64,000 nucleotides of DNA, taken from the NCBI GenBank assembly GCA_964476155.1, contig CAYYYS010000012.1:6475-70474 (forward strand). The letters are read 5' to 3'. Below are positions 55,364 to 63,949 of the stretch, in pieces; the stretch's first letter is position 1; every line of letters starts with the position of its first letter. The position numbers and the translations under genes were made by a program. Source of the stretch: an uncultured Fibrobacteraceae bacterium. GTDB lineage: Bacteria > Krumholzibacteriota > Krumholzibacteriia > LZORAL124-64-63. A model generated the notes under the pieces. It was given only the letters and a program-made list of their open reading frames with translations, had not been told where the DNA came from and searched no databases.

Positions 55364-55561
55364 CTACGTTGGTACGGTGGATTCGAACATCCTGGTATCT
55401 ACTTCATTCCCGGGCGTTCGAGTCGGCGAAGCGGCGGCTTGATCCCCCGTCCTGCAGTTGCAGTTGCATGAGCAGGTGCAGCTGCATGCCATTGCGTTGG
55501 GCTGTTCTTCGGTTGCCGTAGTGGGCTGATGGCCCGGATCCACTTTTTTGTACATAGTCAT
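55364..55561 (-). CDS. Candidate RiPP precursor peptide with alternating Cys core CSCTCSCNCNC
   Basis: MTMYKKVDPGHQPTTATEEQPNAMA-CSCTCSCNCNC-RTGDQAAASPTRTPGNEVDTRMFESTVPT, 65 aa. GGGAG RBS is placed 6 nt before the second ATG (55555). Preceded by an AT-rich promoter region. Confidence 0.6.
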   Translation of the reverse strand: MTMYKKVDPGHQPTTATEEQPNAMACSCTCSCNCNCRTGDQAAASPTRTPGNEVDTRMFESTVPT

Positions 55562-55810
55562 CTCCCTTTTTGTATGGGATATACATCCGTCACTATTGAA
55601 GATACCAAATCTTCCGCGCTTTTTTATTGATTTTTTTAATATTCAATGCAAAGAAATCACTCCCCCGGCATTGTAGCGGATGGACGGAGTAGCGTTGTGG
55701 GGGGTTCTCGATCAATAATCGATTTCTACAACGGCAAGGGCGTGCAAGTTAGCTAAATATTTCCTCCCGCTACAGTCGGGGGACGCCGTATTAGTTTCGC
55801 TCTTTGGGCG

Positions 55811-55842
55811 AGGGGCGACGAGCGTCTCCCGGCGTTTTTTTT
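55811..55842 (+). terminator. Orphan plus-strand hairpin + T8 terminator-like element (no annotated plus-strand gene upstream)
   Basis: gggcgacg-ag-cgtctccc with 7 of 8 bp paired, then ggcgTTTTTTTT. Lies in the 310-bp AT-rich gap between the methyltransferase and the precursor gene. Confidence 0.3.
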
Positions 55843-55869
55843 AGGGAAGAGTCGAATCGAGCCGGATAA

Positions 55870-56529
55870 TTAGCGACGGCGGGCTGCCAGCTCCACATCG
55901 CCGTGCCGATGCTCCGGTCCATCTCCGTGTCGATGCACGGGGCCCAAGGTCTCGTCGTGGCTCAGGATCTCCCACCCACGCAGCAGATCACGGATTTCCC
56001 GACGCGCCAGATAGGTGCGGTAGTCACCGTCCGGACTGCGGAAGCTATGGCGACCAGCCGGCGTCCACGTGTCCCGGTAGGTCTCGTACGAGGGATCGTC
56101 CACGTGCCAGGCGACCAGCAGAAGGATCGCGCCAGGGGCGGTCCAGCGCTGGAAACGATACAGGAGGCCGGCGATCTCGGCGCGTGAGAGGATCTGTAGC
56201 AGACCGAAGCATAGCACCGTGTCGAAGGGCGCCGACGGCTCGTAAGCCAGGACCCCTCCCCGCCACAGTTCGAGATCGAGACCCGCCTCGCGAGCCCGGC
56301 GCTCGGCCTGGGCGATGGACGCGGCTGACGGGTCGATCCCGGTCACACGCATGCCGGCCGCGGCCAGGGGCAGCGCGTTGCGTCCCTGTCCCACACCCAG
56401 GTCCAGCACGCGACCGCCAGGCTCGAGGTCTCCGGCGAAGCGCGTCAGGAGCGGCGCGGGTTCGGAGCCGAAATAATAGGTGTTGTCGCCATAGGCTTTG
56501 TCGTAATCGTCGGTGCGTTTATCCGCCAT
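55870..56529 (-). CDS. Class I SAM-dependent methyltransferase (TehB/TPMT-like)
   Basis: ...GRVLDLGVGQGRNALPLAAAGMRVTGIDPS... motif I. 219 aa. Co-directional and immediately upstream of the precursor/rSAM pair. Confidence 0.8.
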   Translation of the reverse strand: MADKRTDDYDKAYGDNTYYFGSEPAPLLTRFAGDLEPGGRVLDLGVGQGRNALPLAAAGMRVTGIDPSAASIAQAERRAREAGLDLELWRGGVLAYEPSAPFDTVLCFGLLQILSRAEIAGLLYRFQRWTAPGAILLLVAWHVDDPSYETYRDTWTPAGRHSFRSPDGDYRTYLARREIRDLLRGWEILSHDETLGPVHRHGDGPEHRHGDVELAARRR

Positions 56530-56535
56530 GGGACG

Positions 56536-57123
56536 TCAATCGCCATAGATGGTTTTTACGTCGCCCCAGGCCCGGGGCTCGTCTTCGGCGGCCGAGTTGA
56601 TGGTGAAGGAGGGGAGGTCGTCGGCGCCACAGGGGCTACAGGGGTGCACCATACCGACATCCGAGGCGTAGCCGGGATTGTCCGGCAGGTCGAGGGAGCC
56701 TGGAACCGGTTTGATGTAGAAACGGATGGAATCTTCGTTGAAGGTCAAGACTGAGATCGAGAGCAGCGGAATCACATTGGCGCTGTTGGGCGTGAGGGGA
56801 CTCAGGGCCGTCCCGACCTGGTATTCGGGGCTCGAAGCGAAGTTGAGAGCGCTCTCGCCCAGAATCTGCCAGGTCGCCGACATGTTCTCCTCGCCCGCGA
56901 CCTCGATATAGGCTTGCCAGCCCAGCGCCTGGGATTGCGAAGGATTGACGACGCACAGATAGATCGTCTGCTGCGTGAAGGCGGCGAGGTCGATATTGCC
57001 GCCACACGTGGACTCGGATTCGTTATCCGCGCAGAAACACATGACGTCGGACTGGGCCACCGCGACGGTGGCGAAGACGAGAACGAACAGGCATGTCGAA
57101 AGCACGCCATATACACGATTCAT
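56536..57123 (-). CDS. Secreted Cys-containing domain protein with C-terminal ...AWGDVKTIYGD tail (paralog family B)
   Basis: Signal peptide MNRVYGVLSTCLFVLVFATVAVA (RBS AAGGGAA). Domain QSDVMCFCADNESESTCGGNIDL... is paralogous to the N-terminus of 57277..59595. Confidence 0.75.
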   Translation of the reverse strand: MNRVYGVLSTCLFVLVFATVAVAQSDVMCFCADNESESTCGGNIDLAAFTQQTIYLCVVNPSQSQALGWQAYIEVAGEENMSATWQILGESALNFASSPEYQVGTALSPLTPNSANVIPLLSISVLTFNEDSIRFYIKPVPGSLDLPDNPGYASDVGMVHPCSPCGADDLPSFTINSAAEDEPRAWGDVKTIYGD

Positions 57124-57276
57124 CACGGTATTCCCTTCTGCGATCTGCGAGCGGAGCCCCGGTCGGTTTCTCACGACCGGGGCGAGTCCTTGTATCAGGA
57201 TAAAAGAACCGCCTGCAGGAAACAAGGCCCAGCCGTGGGGCCGGGCCTGTTTGTGGGCTGTTTGCTGCCCTGGCTA

Positions 57277-59595
57277 CTACTTCACCAGGGTCAATTTGGC
57301 CATGGTGTCGGTCCGGACACCATCCAACAGGAGTACGGCGAAGTAGGTTCCGCCGGCGAGTTCGCGACCGGTGTCGTCCAGGCCGCGCCAGGTCTCTGTG
57401 TAAGTCCCTGCCGTTTGTGTGCCCAGATCAAATGCGCGCACGCGGCGGCCACGCAGATCGTAGATCTCGAGGCCGAGCCGACCGGGTAGGCTGCTGGTCA
57501 GCTTGATCTCGGTGCTGGGGTTGAAGGGGTTCGGGTGACTGGTGATGGCGTGGGCGACGGGTCGGTCGGGAGCCGCGGTCAACGCGTCCGGGGAGCGGAA
57601 GGTCACCAGTAAGGGTTCATCGCCTACTTCCAGTACGACCGAGGACTCGTCCTGCATGGACATCACGACCACGCGGTTTTGGTGGGGTAGGTAGATCTGG
57701 GGGTCGGTTTTGTCTGGTAGGGCCGTGCTGTCCCAGTTCAAGACGACCGGGCCGGGTTCCGGGGCTGTTAAGGTGGCGGTCCAGTCGTAGGGCTCCTCGA
57801 TGGGGGCGCGGATGTCGGTGAGGAAGGATGAGCCTACGGCGAGGTCCCATTCGGGGTGTTCGAAGCGGAGTTTGGCCGCGCTTCGGGGGACTGGGGACGC
57901 GGGGGGTTCTGGGAGGTCGTAGCGGGCGTCGAAGGATTCCCGGGCTTGGGAGTTGAATCCCAGGGAGACGCCTTCGGAGCGGCCGTCTACAGAAAAGGCC
58001 AGGCGCCAGGCGTCTGGAGAGTCGAAATCGTCTGTCTTGGGGGTTGTGCCTGGGGGGATTACGGTGGCGTAGTTGAACTTGAGCTGGATGTAACTATCGT
58101 GACAGGCCACCCAGTATCCATACCATGTGTCGAATGTCACTGCATCTACATATGACTCCGAGGCTGAATCGTAGCCGAAGGGGAAGGCCGAGACCCAGCC
58201 TGCGCTCACGGCTTCGCCCCAGGTACGTATATCGTATCCGGATCGTGTCACCATAACACCGTCAAGATCCGTCGAAATCCATAACGGATAGCTAACCATG
58301 TTCCAACCGGGGGTCAGCGGAACGTTGACCTCACTGGTATTCAAGGTTCCACCAGGGATATCCCAGGTGTACGCCTGTGTCGCACCAATCCAATAGGCCT
58401 TGAGCAGGTCGGCCGCATCGCCGAGCTCAAGGAGTCTGTATCCGTTGCCGGGATCATGATCGTAAATGAAAGTCGACCACGCCGCGTTTTGCAGAAACGC
58501 CTGGGAGATAGTCCCGGGACTTGGCGGGATCATCGGCAGGCCGGCCAAAGACCAGCCCGCCGGCAGGTCCCGGGACTGGGGCTCCGGCCCGACCATACCA
58601 GGGGGCCCCACCCACAACTCCAGAGTGCGTGGGATGCCGGGAGTCGGCATATAGTTGAAGCTGTAGCCGATCATACGGACATCCACGGTCCAATCGTCGA
58701 CGGGATCATGGAGATACAAGCCCCAGCCATCATCGAACAAGTCATCCGGCGCGAAATCGAGAGTCATTTGCTGGCTGCGATCGGTCAGGACTTCGAAGGA
58801 CCAGACCTTGAGGTTGTCCAATGGATTATAGGGCTCGCGGTAATCGGTCATGAAGCGGTCGCCCAGGGGTGATGCCCATTCGGGATGCGGGAAATAGAGG
58901 GTCACGTATTCGCTTGGCTGTATCGGCGGTTCGGGGGCATCAAAGGGGGGATCATAAATGTCGGTCGCATTGGTGATCGCGCCGGCGATATTGCCGTTGT
59001 CGTCAAGATTGTCGACATGAGCGCTTAGCTCGACGGAGAACTGCGGAAAGGACGGAGGGGGATCTTCGCCGTTGATGGTGAAGACTGGGATGTCGGGATC
59101 GCCGGAGCAGGTTACGCAAGGAATAGAGAAGCCTGCTTCCGGAAAATAGCCCGGGCTGTCAGGGTAAGACGACGAATCCGGTACTCGCCGAACATGGATA
59201 TTGATTGGGGCGGACGTGTCGATCACCGTAAGCGCTATTTGCAACAACACCATACTTCCATCTGCGTTGGGATGCATCGGGCTCGCGCCAAGTCCGACGA
59301 TATAATTGGAGCCATATCCGATATTGAGGCCTCCGCCAAGAACCTCCCAATCACCGAAGTAGGTCACCGTCGTTACGATCTCGACTTGGGCCTCCCAGGC
59401 CGAAACCTGATAAGCACTTGGATTAGTAATGAGCAGATACAGATTCTGCGTGTGGTACATGTCGACATCCACATTTCCGCCACAAGAGGAATAGCTCTCG
59501 CTATCGGTGCATACACACATCACATCCTGCTGGGCAACGGCGACACCGAAAGCCACGAGACTGAACAGGCAAATAGTGGCTACTAGATTTCGCAT
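57277..59595 (-). CDS. Large secreted protein: N-terminal family-B Cys domain, internal repeats, C-terminal T9SS/FlgD-Ig-like sorting domain
   Basis: Signal peptide MRNLVATICLFSLVAFGVAVA. N-terminal domain QQDVMCVCTDSESYSSCGGNVDV.... CTD ...HPNPFNPSTEIKLTSSLPGRLGLEIYDLRGRRVRAF...GTYFAVLLLDGVRTDTMAKLTLVK. Confidence 0.8.
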   Translation of the reverse strand: MRNLVATICLFSLVAFGVAVAQQDVMCVCTDSESYSSCGGNVDVDMYHTQNLYLLITNPSAYQVSAWEAQVEIVTTVTYFGDWEVLGGGLNIGYGSNYIVGLGASPMHPNADGSMVLLQIALTVIDTSAPINIHVRRVPDSSSYPDSPGYFPEAGFSIPCVTCSGDPDIPVFTINGEDPPPSFPQFSVELSAHVDNLDDNGNIAGAITNATDIYDPPFDAPEPPIQPSEYVTLYFPHPEWASPLGDRFMTDYREPYNPLDNLKVWSFEVLTDRSQQMTLDFAPDDLFDDGWGLYLHDPVDDWTVDVRMIGYSFNYMPTPGIPRTLELWVGPPGMVGPEPQSRDLPAGWSLAGLPMIPPSPGTISQAFLQNAAWSTFIYDHDPGNGYRLLELGDAADLLKAYWIGATQAYTWDIPGGTLNTSEVNVPLTPGWNMVSYPLWISTDLDGVMVTRSGYDIRTWGEAVSAGWVSAFPFGYDSASESYVDAVTFDTWYGYWVACHDSYIQLKFNYATVIPPGTTPKTDDFDSPDAWRLAFSVDGRSEGVSLGFNSQARESFDARYDLPEPPASPVPRSAAKLRFEHPEWDLAVGSSFLTDIRAPIEEPYDWTATLTAPEPGPVVLNWDSTALPDKTDPQIYLPHQNRVVVMSMQDESSVVLEVGDEPLLVTFRSPDALTAAPDRPVAHAITSHPNPFNPSTEIKLTSSLPGRLGLEIYDLRGRRVRAFDLGTQTAGTYTETWRGLDDTGRELAGGTYFAVLLLDGVRTDTMAKLTLVK

Positions 59596-59633
59596 TTCGA
59601 TCTCCCTCCCGGAGACTGGTCATGAATATTCGA

Positions 59634-60210
59634 TTATCTATTCGTATCAAAGAGCGCCTTTACCTCCCCCCAGACCGCATCGTGTGACGCGGTTGGATCG
59701 TCCCAGATCAAGGTCACGATGAGTTCCATATGTGCGGAATCCAGCGGCACGAAAATATCCGCCGGCAAACTGTCTCGCTTGGGCCGCCCTTCGGTCGGAG
59801 TGACGATAACCGCCAGTGGCAGATCCCAGCCCTCCAAGGCCTCGAACGACAGGTAGGCGGTTTGGCCGACCTGATCGGTGTCGATGATCAGCATCCAGTC
59901 CTCGGTCTCGTCTTCCATCTGCAGGGTCGGCCGGAATTCGTCACGCCAGAGGTTGGGAAAGGGTCCCGCGTAACCCGTCATTACAAAATCCAGGCAGAGA
60001 TGGTCTGACGGGGGGGGGCGGTGGTTGGGGCTGATCGTATCCATCGACCAACATCAGGGCGTCGTTGTATACGCCGAAGTGCTGGAGGTCGGAGTCGATG
60101 GCGCCGGTCGTCGCCTGTAGGGAGATGACGATGGATTGGGCGGTGGCGGGCGCGATCAAGCACATCGCGCTCGCGAGCAGGACCGAGACAAAAACTACGA
60201 ATCTATTCAT
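59634..60210 (-). pseudogene. Secreted family member ending in ...AVWGEVKALFDTNR, interrupted by a frameshift at a poly-C/G(9) tract (possible phase-variable gene)
   Basis: ORF 59941..60210 (signal peptide MNRFVVFVSVLLASAMCLIAPATA ... QPQPPPPP) and ORF 59634..60044 are in different frames and overlap at the G9 run 60010..60018 (coding PPP). Confidence 0.5.
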
Positions 60211-60496
60211 GTCGATAATCCGCTTATACGTTTTGGGCGATCCGCGTCTGATTATAGCAGATCTGTGGATTATATGCGTATCGATTTACCTAATAATGGG
60301 GGTGTTTGTACGGGAGGCATTTCTGTGCTTGGTTGGAGGCTTTCGGTGCGCATAAATCATACCCGCGTGCGCCTGTAACTTATAACATAGCATGATGTTA
60401 GCGCTTGCGCTGCTGGTGTTTTTCGGCTATATTGTCTCCATCGAATGCATCCGTTTCGACCTCCCGCGAAACGCTCGTTTTCTGGGAGGTTTTTCT

Positions 60497-61522
60497 ATGT
60501 CAGCCAGCGAAATCCATGCTCGTCTTCAAGCGGCTTTGAGTGAACTTCAGCGGGCGGAGAAGAACGCCGTTCTGTTGTTCGGCGAGATTCTTCGGCGCAA
60601 GTTGTATCGGGATCTTGGTTACTCATCTATTCAGGTTTATGCCGCCGAAGCGCTCGGGTTCTCACCGAGTAAGACTTCGCAGTTTGTGCGACTGGCGGGG
60701 GCGCTCGAAGAGCTGCCGCAGCTGCGTCGATCGGTGGCGGCCGGTGAGTTGGGGTGGACCAAGGCGCGGGAGGTGGCCAAGGTGGCTACGCCCGAAAGTG
60801 AAGAGAGATGGATCGCCGAGGCGGAGCGGTCGAGTAGTCGCAAGTTGGAGCAAACGGTGCGGGCAACACGCAAGCGGGCGCGCCTGGCGCCGCAAGTTGC
60901 GGAGCTGCCTGCGCTGGACCTGGGCGAGCCATCGCCAGCGCTGCCCACGGACGCTCCGCTCTCGGTGAGTACAAAACTCACGGCCGAACAGTACGCCCGC
61001 CACGAGGCTCTGTTCGAGACGATCCGCAAACGAGGCAACCGAAAAAACTCGACAGTACGGGGTATGGACCGCGCCGAGTTGTTGCTCGTCGCGCTGAACG
61101 ATCTGGCGGAGAAGCTCGCGCAAGAGCCGGAAACCAAGATCGTCTCCAGCCCGCCTTATCAAGTCGTAGTTTACACGTGTAAAAAGTGTGGCAAGTCCGA
61201 GGTGCAAACCGACCGCGGTCCAAAGCCCATATCAACTGAAGTTGTGCATTGCGACGCCGTCATCCATGAGCCTAGCCAGCCCAATCGCTCGACCATCCCG
61301 CCGAAAACCCGTCAGGCTGCCATGATCAAGGCCAACCATCGTTGCGAGACACCGGGATGCGGGCGGACACGGTTCCTGGAGGTTCATCATCGGCGTCCGC
61401 GATCGCTGGGGGGCAGCAACGAGGTGACCAACCTCCAGGTGCTATGTTCGAGTTGCCACCAGCTGGTCCATCAACGAGGACAATCGCAACCGGCACAGCA
61501 TCAATATGAGAAAACGGGGTAA
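60497..61522 (+). CDS. HNH endonuclease (DUF222-HNH type)
   Basis: RBS GGGAGG before the internal ATG. C-terminal ...CETPGCGRTRFLEVHHRRPRSLGGSNEVTNLQVLCSSCHQLVH (HNH with Zn Cys). Confidence 0.8.
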   Translation: MSASEIHARLQAALSELQRAEKNAVLLFGEILRRKLYRDLGYSSIQVYAAEALGFSPSKTSQFVRLAGALEELPQLRRSVAAGELGWTKAREVAKVATPESEERWIAEAERSSSRKLEQTVRATRKRARLAPQVAELPALDLGEPSPALPTDAPLSVSTKLTAEQYARHEALFETIRKRGNRKNSTVRGMDRAELLLVALNDLAEKLAQEPETKIVSSPPYQVVVYTCKKCGKSEVQTDRGPKPISTEVVHCDAVIHEPSQPNRSTIPPKTRQAAMIKANHRCETPGCGRTRFLEVHHRRPRSLGGSNEVTNLQVLCSSCHQLVHQRGQSQPAQHQYEKTG

Positions 61523-61587
61523 CCCGTTTCCGGAATACCCCGCCTCTCGCATGTTGATGATCGGTCCGGTGATCCAGGTCTGGCCTG

Positions 61588-62355
61588 CTAGTCACCGCTC
61601 AATAAATCCCCAAGAATCCCCTTCTTCCCCACCAGGCCGCCCACGCCGCGGTGTTCGCCCTTGTTGCGGCCTACCGCCGTGCTGATGCGGTCGACGAGGC
61701 GGCTGAATGGCAGGGTCTGCAGCCAGACCTTGCCCGGACCGGAGAGCGAAGCCAAGAAGAGGCCTTCGCCGCCGAACAGGGCGTTCTTGAAGCCGCCCAC
61801 GAACTGGATGTCGTAGTCGACCGATTCCTGGAACGCCACCAGGCAGCCCGTGTCGACGCGCAGGGTTTCTCCCGGCGCGAGTTCGCGCTCCATGACGGCG
61901 CCGCCGGCGTGGCAGAAAACCATCCCGTCGCCGGTCAGGCGCTGCAGGATGAAGCCCTCGCCGCCAAATAAACCAGCGCCGAGGCGTTTGGTGAAAGCCA
62001 CGTCTATGTCGAGACCATAGGCGCAACAGAGGAAGGCGTCCTTCTGGCAGAGCATGCGGCCGCCGAGGGCCGACAGATTCATGGGGATGATCTTGCCGGG
62101 GTACGGGGCGGCGAAGGCCACGTGGGCCTTGCCCTGGCCGGTGTGCTTGAAGGTGGTGATGAAGAAGCTCTCGCCGGTGAACACGCGTTTGAGTCCGCCG
62201 AAGATGCCGCCTTCGGCGCCGGTGTTCATCTGCACGCCCGGTTCCATGTAGAGCATGGCGCCGGCTTCGGCCTGCACCGCCTCGTCCGGGTCCAGTTCCA
62301 CGATGACCGCCTGCAGGTCGTCGCCCACCAGTTCGTAATCTATCTCGTGCGCCAT
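61588..62355 (-). CDS. TIGR00266/AIM24 (DUF124) family protein
   Basis: 255 aa. ...GAMLYMEPGVQMNTGAEGGIFGGLKRVFTGESFFITTFK... is characteristic. Confidence 0.8.
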   Translation of the reverse strand: MAHEIDYELVGDDLQAVIVELDPDEAVQAEAGAMLYMEPGVQMNTGAEGGIFGGLKRVFTGESFFITTFKHTGQGKAHVAFAAPYPGKIIPMNLSALGGRMLCQKDAFLCCAYGLDIDVAFTKRLGAGLFGGEGFILQRLTGDGMVFCHAGGAVMERELAPGETLRVDTGCLVAFQESVDYDIQFVGGFKNALFGGEGLFLASLSGPGKVWLQTLPFSRLVDRISTAVGRNKGEHRGVGGLVGKKGILGDLLSGD

Positions 62356-62374
62356 GGGTTATCCCTCCGCTTGG

Positions 62375-63949
62375 TTATTGTCGTGTGATGCGGCCGCCCT
62401 CGGCCGCTTCGATCGTGCCTGCTTTTTCGATCGCCTCGATGACCACGTCGGTGATCGAGCCGCCGGCGTTGCGCGTCTCGGGCCGCGCCATGTCCAGGTA
62501 GACTGCCGACTGCATGGCCACGTAGTCGGGACACGCCACCGTATAGACGCGATCGGGATCGACAGGTTGCCCGTCGATGGTCGCTTCGATGATCTCCACG
62601 CCCGCCTCGTCGCCCGAATAGACATAGCGGAGGCCGGCCACCTGCAGGATGCCGTGCTCACCGGACTCGGCGGCCATGGCATTGACCCGCGCGATGTGCA
62701 TCAGCCCGGCTCCGTCTATCTCGAAGGTCACGAGCATGTTGGAGAACGGCAGCATGGTGTGGATGTCCAGCAGGGTCAGGGGGCCCGGCGGGAAGTTGGT
62801 GCGGATGGTGCCCGAGTTGAGCAGGGCCGCGTCGGCATCGGCCGCGGCGCGCAGGGCGTCGCAGATCCAGTCGCCCACGTTGCTCTCCTGGCGGCTGCTG
62901 CGGCGCCAGTTCACGGCGAGTTCGCCGATAACACGACCGTACTCGGCGTCGACGCGCGCGGTGGCGGCGGCCACAGCGGCTTCCAGTTCCGGTGCGGCAG
63001 TGCGCCCCTCGGCCATCAGCGTGATCAGGCGTCCGTCGTACTCGACGATGCGGTCGTCGGACACCTGCAGGTCGAGTCGGCCCAGGTTCTTCATTTTCGA
63101 GCCGGCCTGGACCACCAGGATTTCGCCGATCCGTACCGGGCGGTTCAATCGCGTGTGGGAGTGGCCGCCAACGATCAGGTCGATGCCCGAGCCGTTCAGG
63201 GCCCGAGCGAGCGTGGTATCGGTGTTCGCGCCGTTGTGGGTGATCAGCACGAGCAGGTCGGTCCGGGGGTCGAGCTCGGCGGCCCAGCGGCGCGCGGTCT
63301 CGGCCTGGTCGTCCAGGCGCAGTCCCTTCACGCGCGGCTCGGCGCAGACCTCGAAGAGCCCCTGGCAGGACACGCCCATCACGCCCACGCGCAGGTCGCC
63401 GCGTTCGAGCAGCAGGGGCTCGGCCGGAAACTCCAGATCGCCTTTTTCGTTGCGCAGGTCCAGGGCCATCAAAGGGAAATCGGCACGGCCGGCCAGGGCG
63501 CGGATGTTGGCGCGACCCAGGTCGAACTCGTGGTTGCCGATCACGCCGGCGTCGAAGCCCAGCAGGTTGAGCATATCGATCCAGGCGGCGCCGCGGATTC
63601 CGTCGTCCATCATCTCGCCGAAGGGGTTGCCGGTCATGAAATCGCCGCCGTCCAACAGCAGCGACGGGGCGGCGTCCCGGCGTTGCTCCGTCAGATGCGC
63701 GGCCAATGCCACAACACCGCCCACGGGAGCGCGGTCGTCTCGCCACGTGGCGGGCTCGGGCAGGAAGGTACAGTGGCTGTCGTTGACGTGGAAGACGGTC
63801 AGGTTCCAGGGGCCGTCACCCGGAACGGGGAGCGGCGGGGGCGGCGGCGCATCGCAGACGTCGGTCTTGCAGTTGGGGGCGCAGCCGATTGCGAGTAACG
63901 CGGCCAAGGTCACCAGTATCAAGAACACATGCGGGAATCGGTGTTTCAT
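62375..63949 (-). CDS. Bifunctional metallophosphatase/5'-nucleotidase (UshA family) lipoprotein
   Basis: Lipobox MKHRFPHVFLILVTLAALLAIGC. Metallophos motifs ...VFHVNDSH..., ..GDFMTGNP.., ..GNHEFD.. and ..GGHSH... C-terminal 5'-nucleotidase domain. Confidence 0.85.
   Translation of the reverse strand: MKHRFPHVFLILVTLAALLAIGCAPNCKTDVCDAPPPPPLPVPGDGPWNLTVFHVNDSHCTFLPEPATWRDDRAPVGGVVALAAHLTEQRRDAAPSLLLDGGDFMTGNPFGEMMDDGIRGAAWIDMLNLLGFDAGVIGNHEFDLGRANIRALAGRADFPLMALDLRNEKGDLEFPAEPLLLERGDLRVGVMGVSCQGLFEVCAEPRVKGLRLDDQAETARRWAAELDPRTDLLVLITHNGANTDTTLARALNGSGIDLIVGGHSHTRLNRPVRIGEILVVQAGSKMKNLGRLDLQVSDDRIVEYDGRLITLMAEGRTAAPELEAAVAAATARVDAEYGRVIGELAVNWRRSSRQESNVGDWICDALRAAADADAALLNSGTIRTNFPPGPLTLLDIHTMLPFSNMLVTFEIDGAGLMHIARVNAMAAESGEHGILQVAGLRYVYSGDEAGVEIIEATIDGQPVDPDRVYTVACPDYVAMQSAVYLDMARPETRNAGGSITDVVIEAIEKAGTIEAAEGGRITRQ

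Larger units (their letters stand above)
52330..55870. other. Lower-GC (about 55-60%) island carrying the ECF sigma/anti-sigma pair and the RiPP-like radical-SAM locus
   Basis: Composition shift relative to the flanking ubi operon and the 56.5 kb+ genes. AT-rich intergenic segments at both ends. Confidence 0.35.

Noticed and set aside
55381-55400. GTTCGAATCC-like T-loop motif suggesting a tRNA
   Set aside because: It lies inside the precursor-peptide ORF. No acceptor, D or anticodon stems can be formed. No tRNA, rRNA or CRISPR repeat array was found anywhere in the window.
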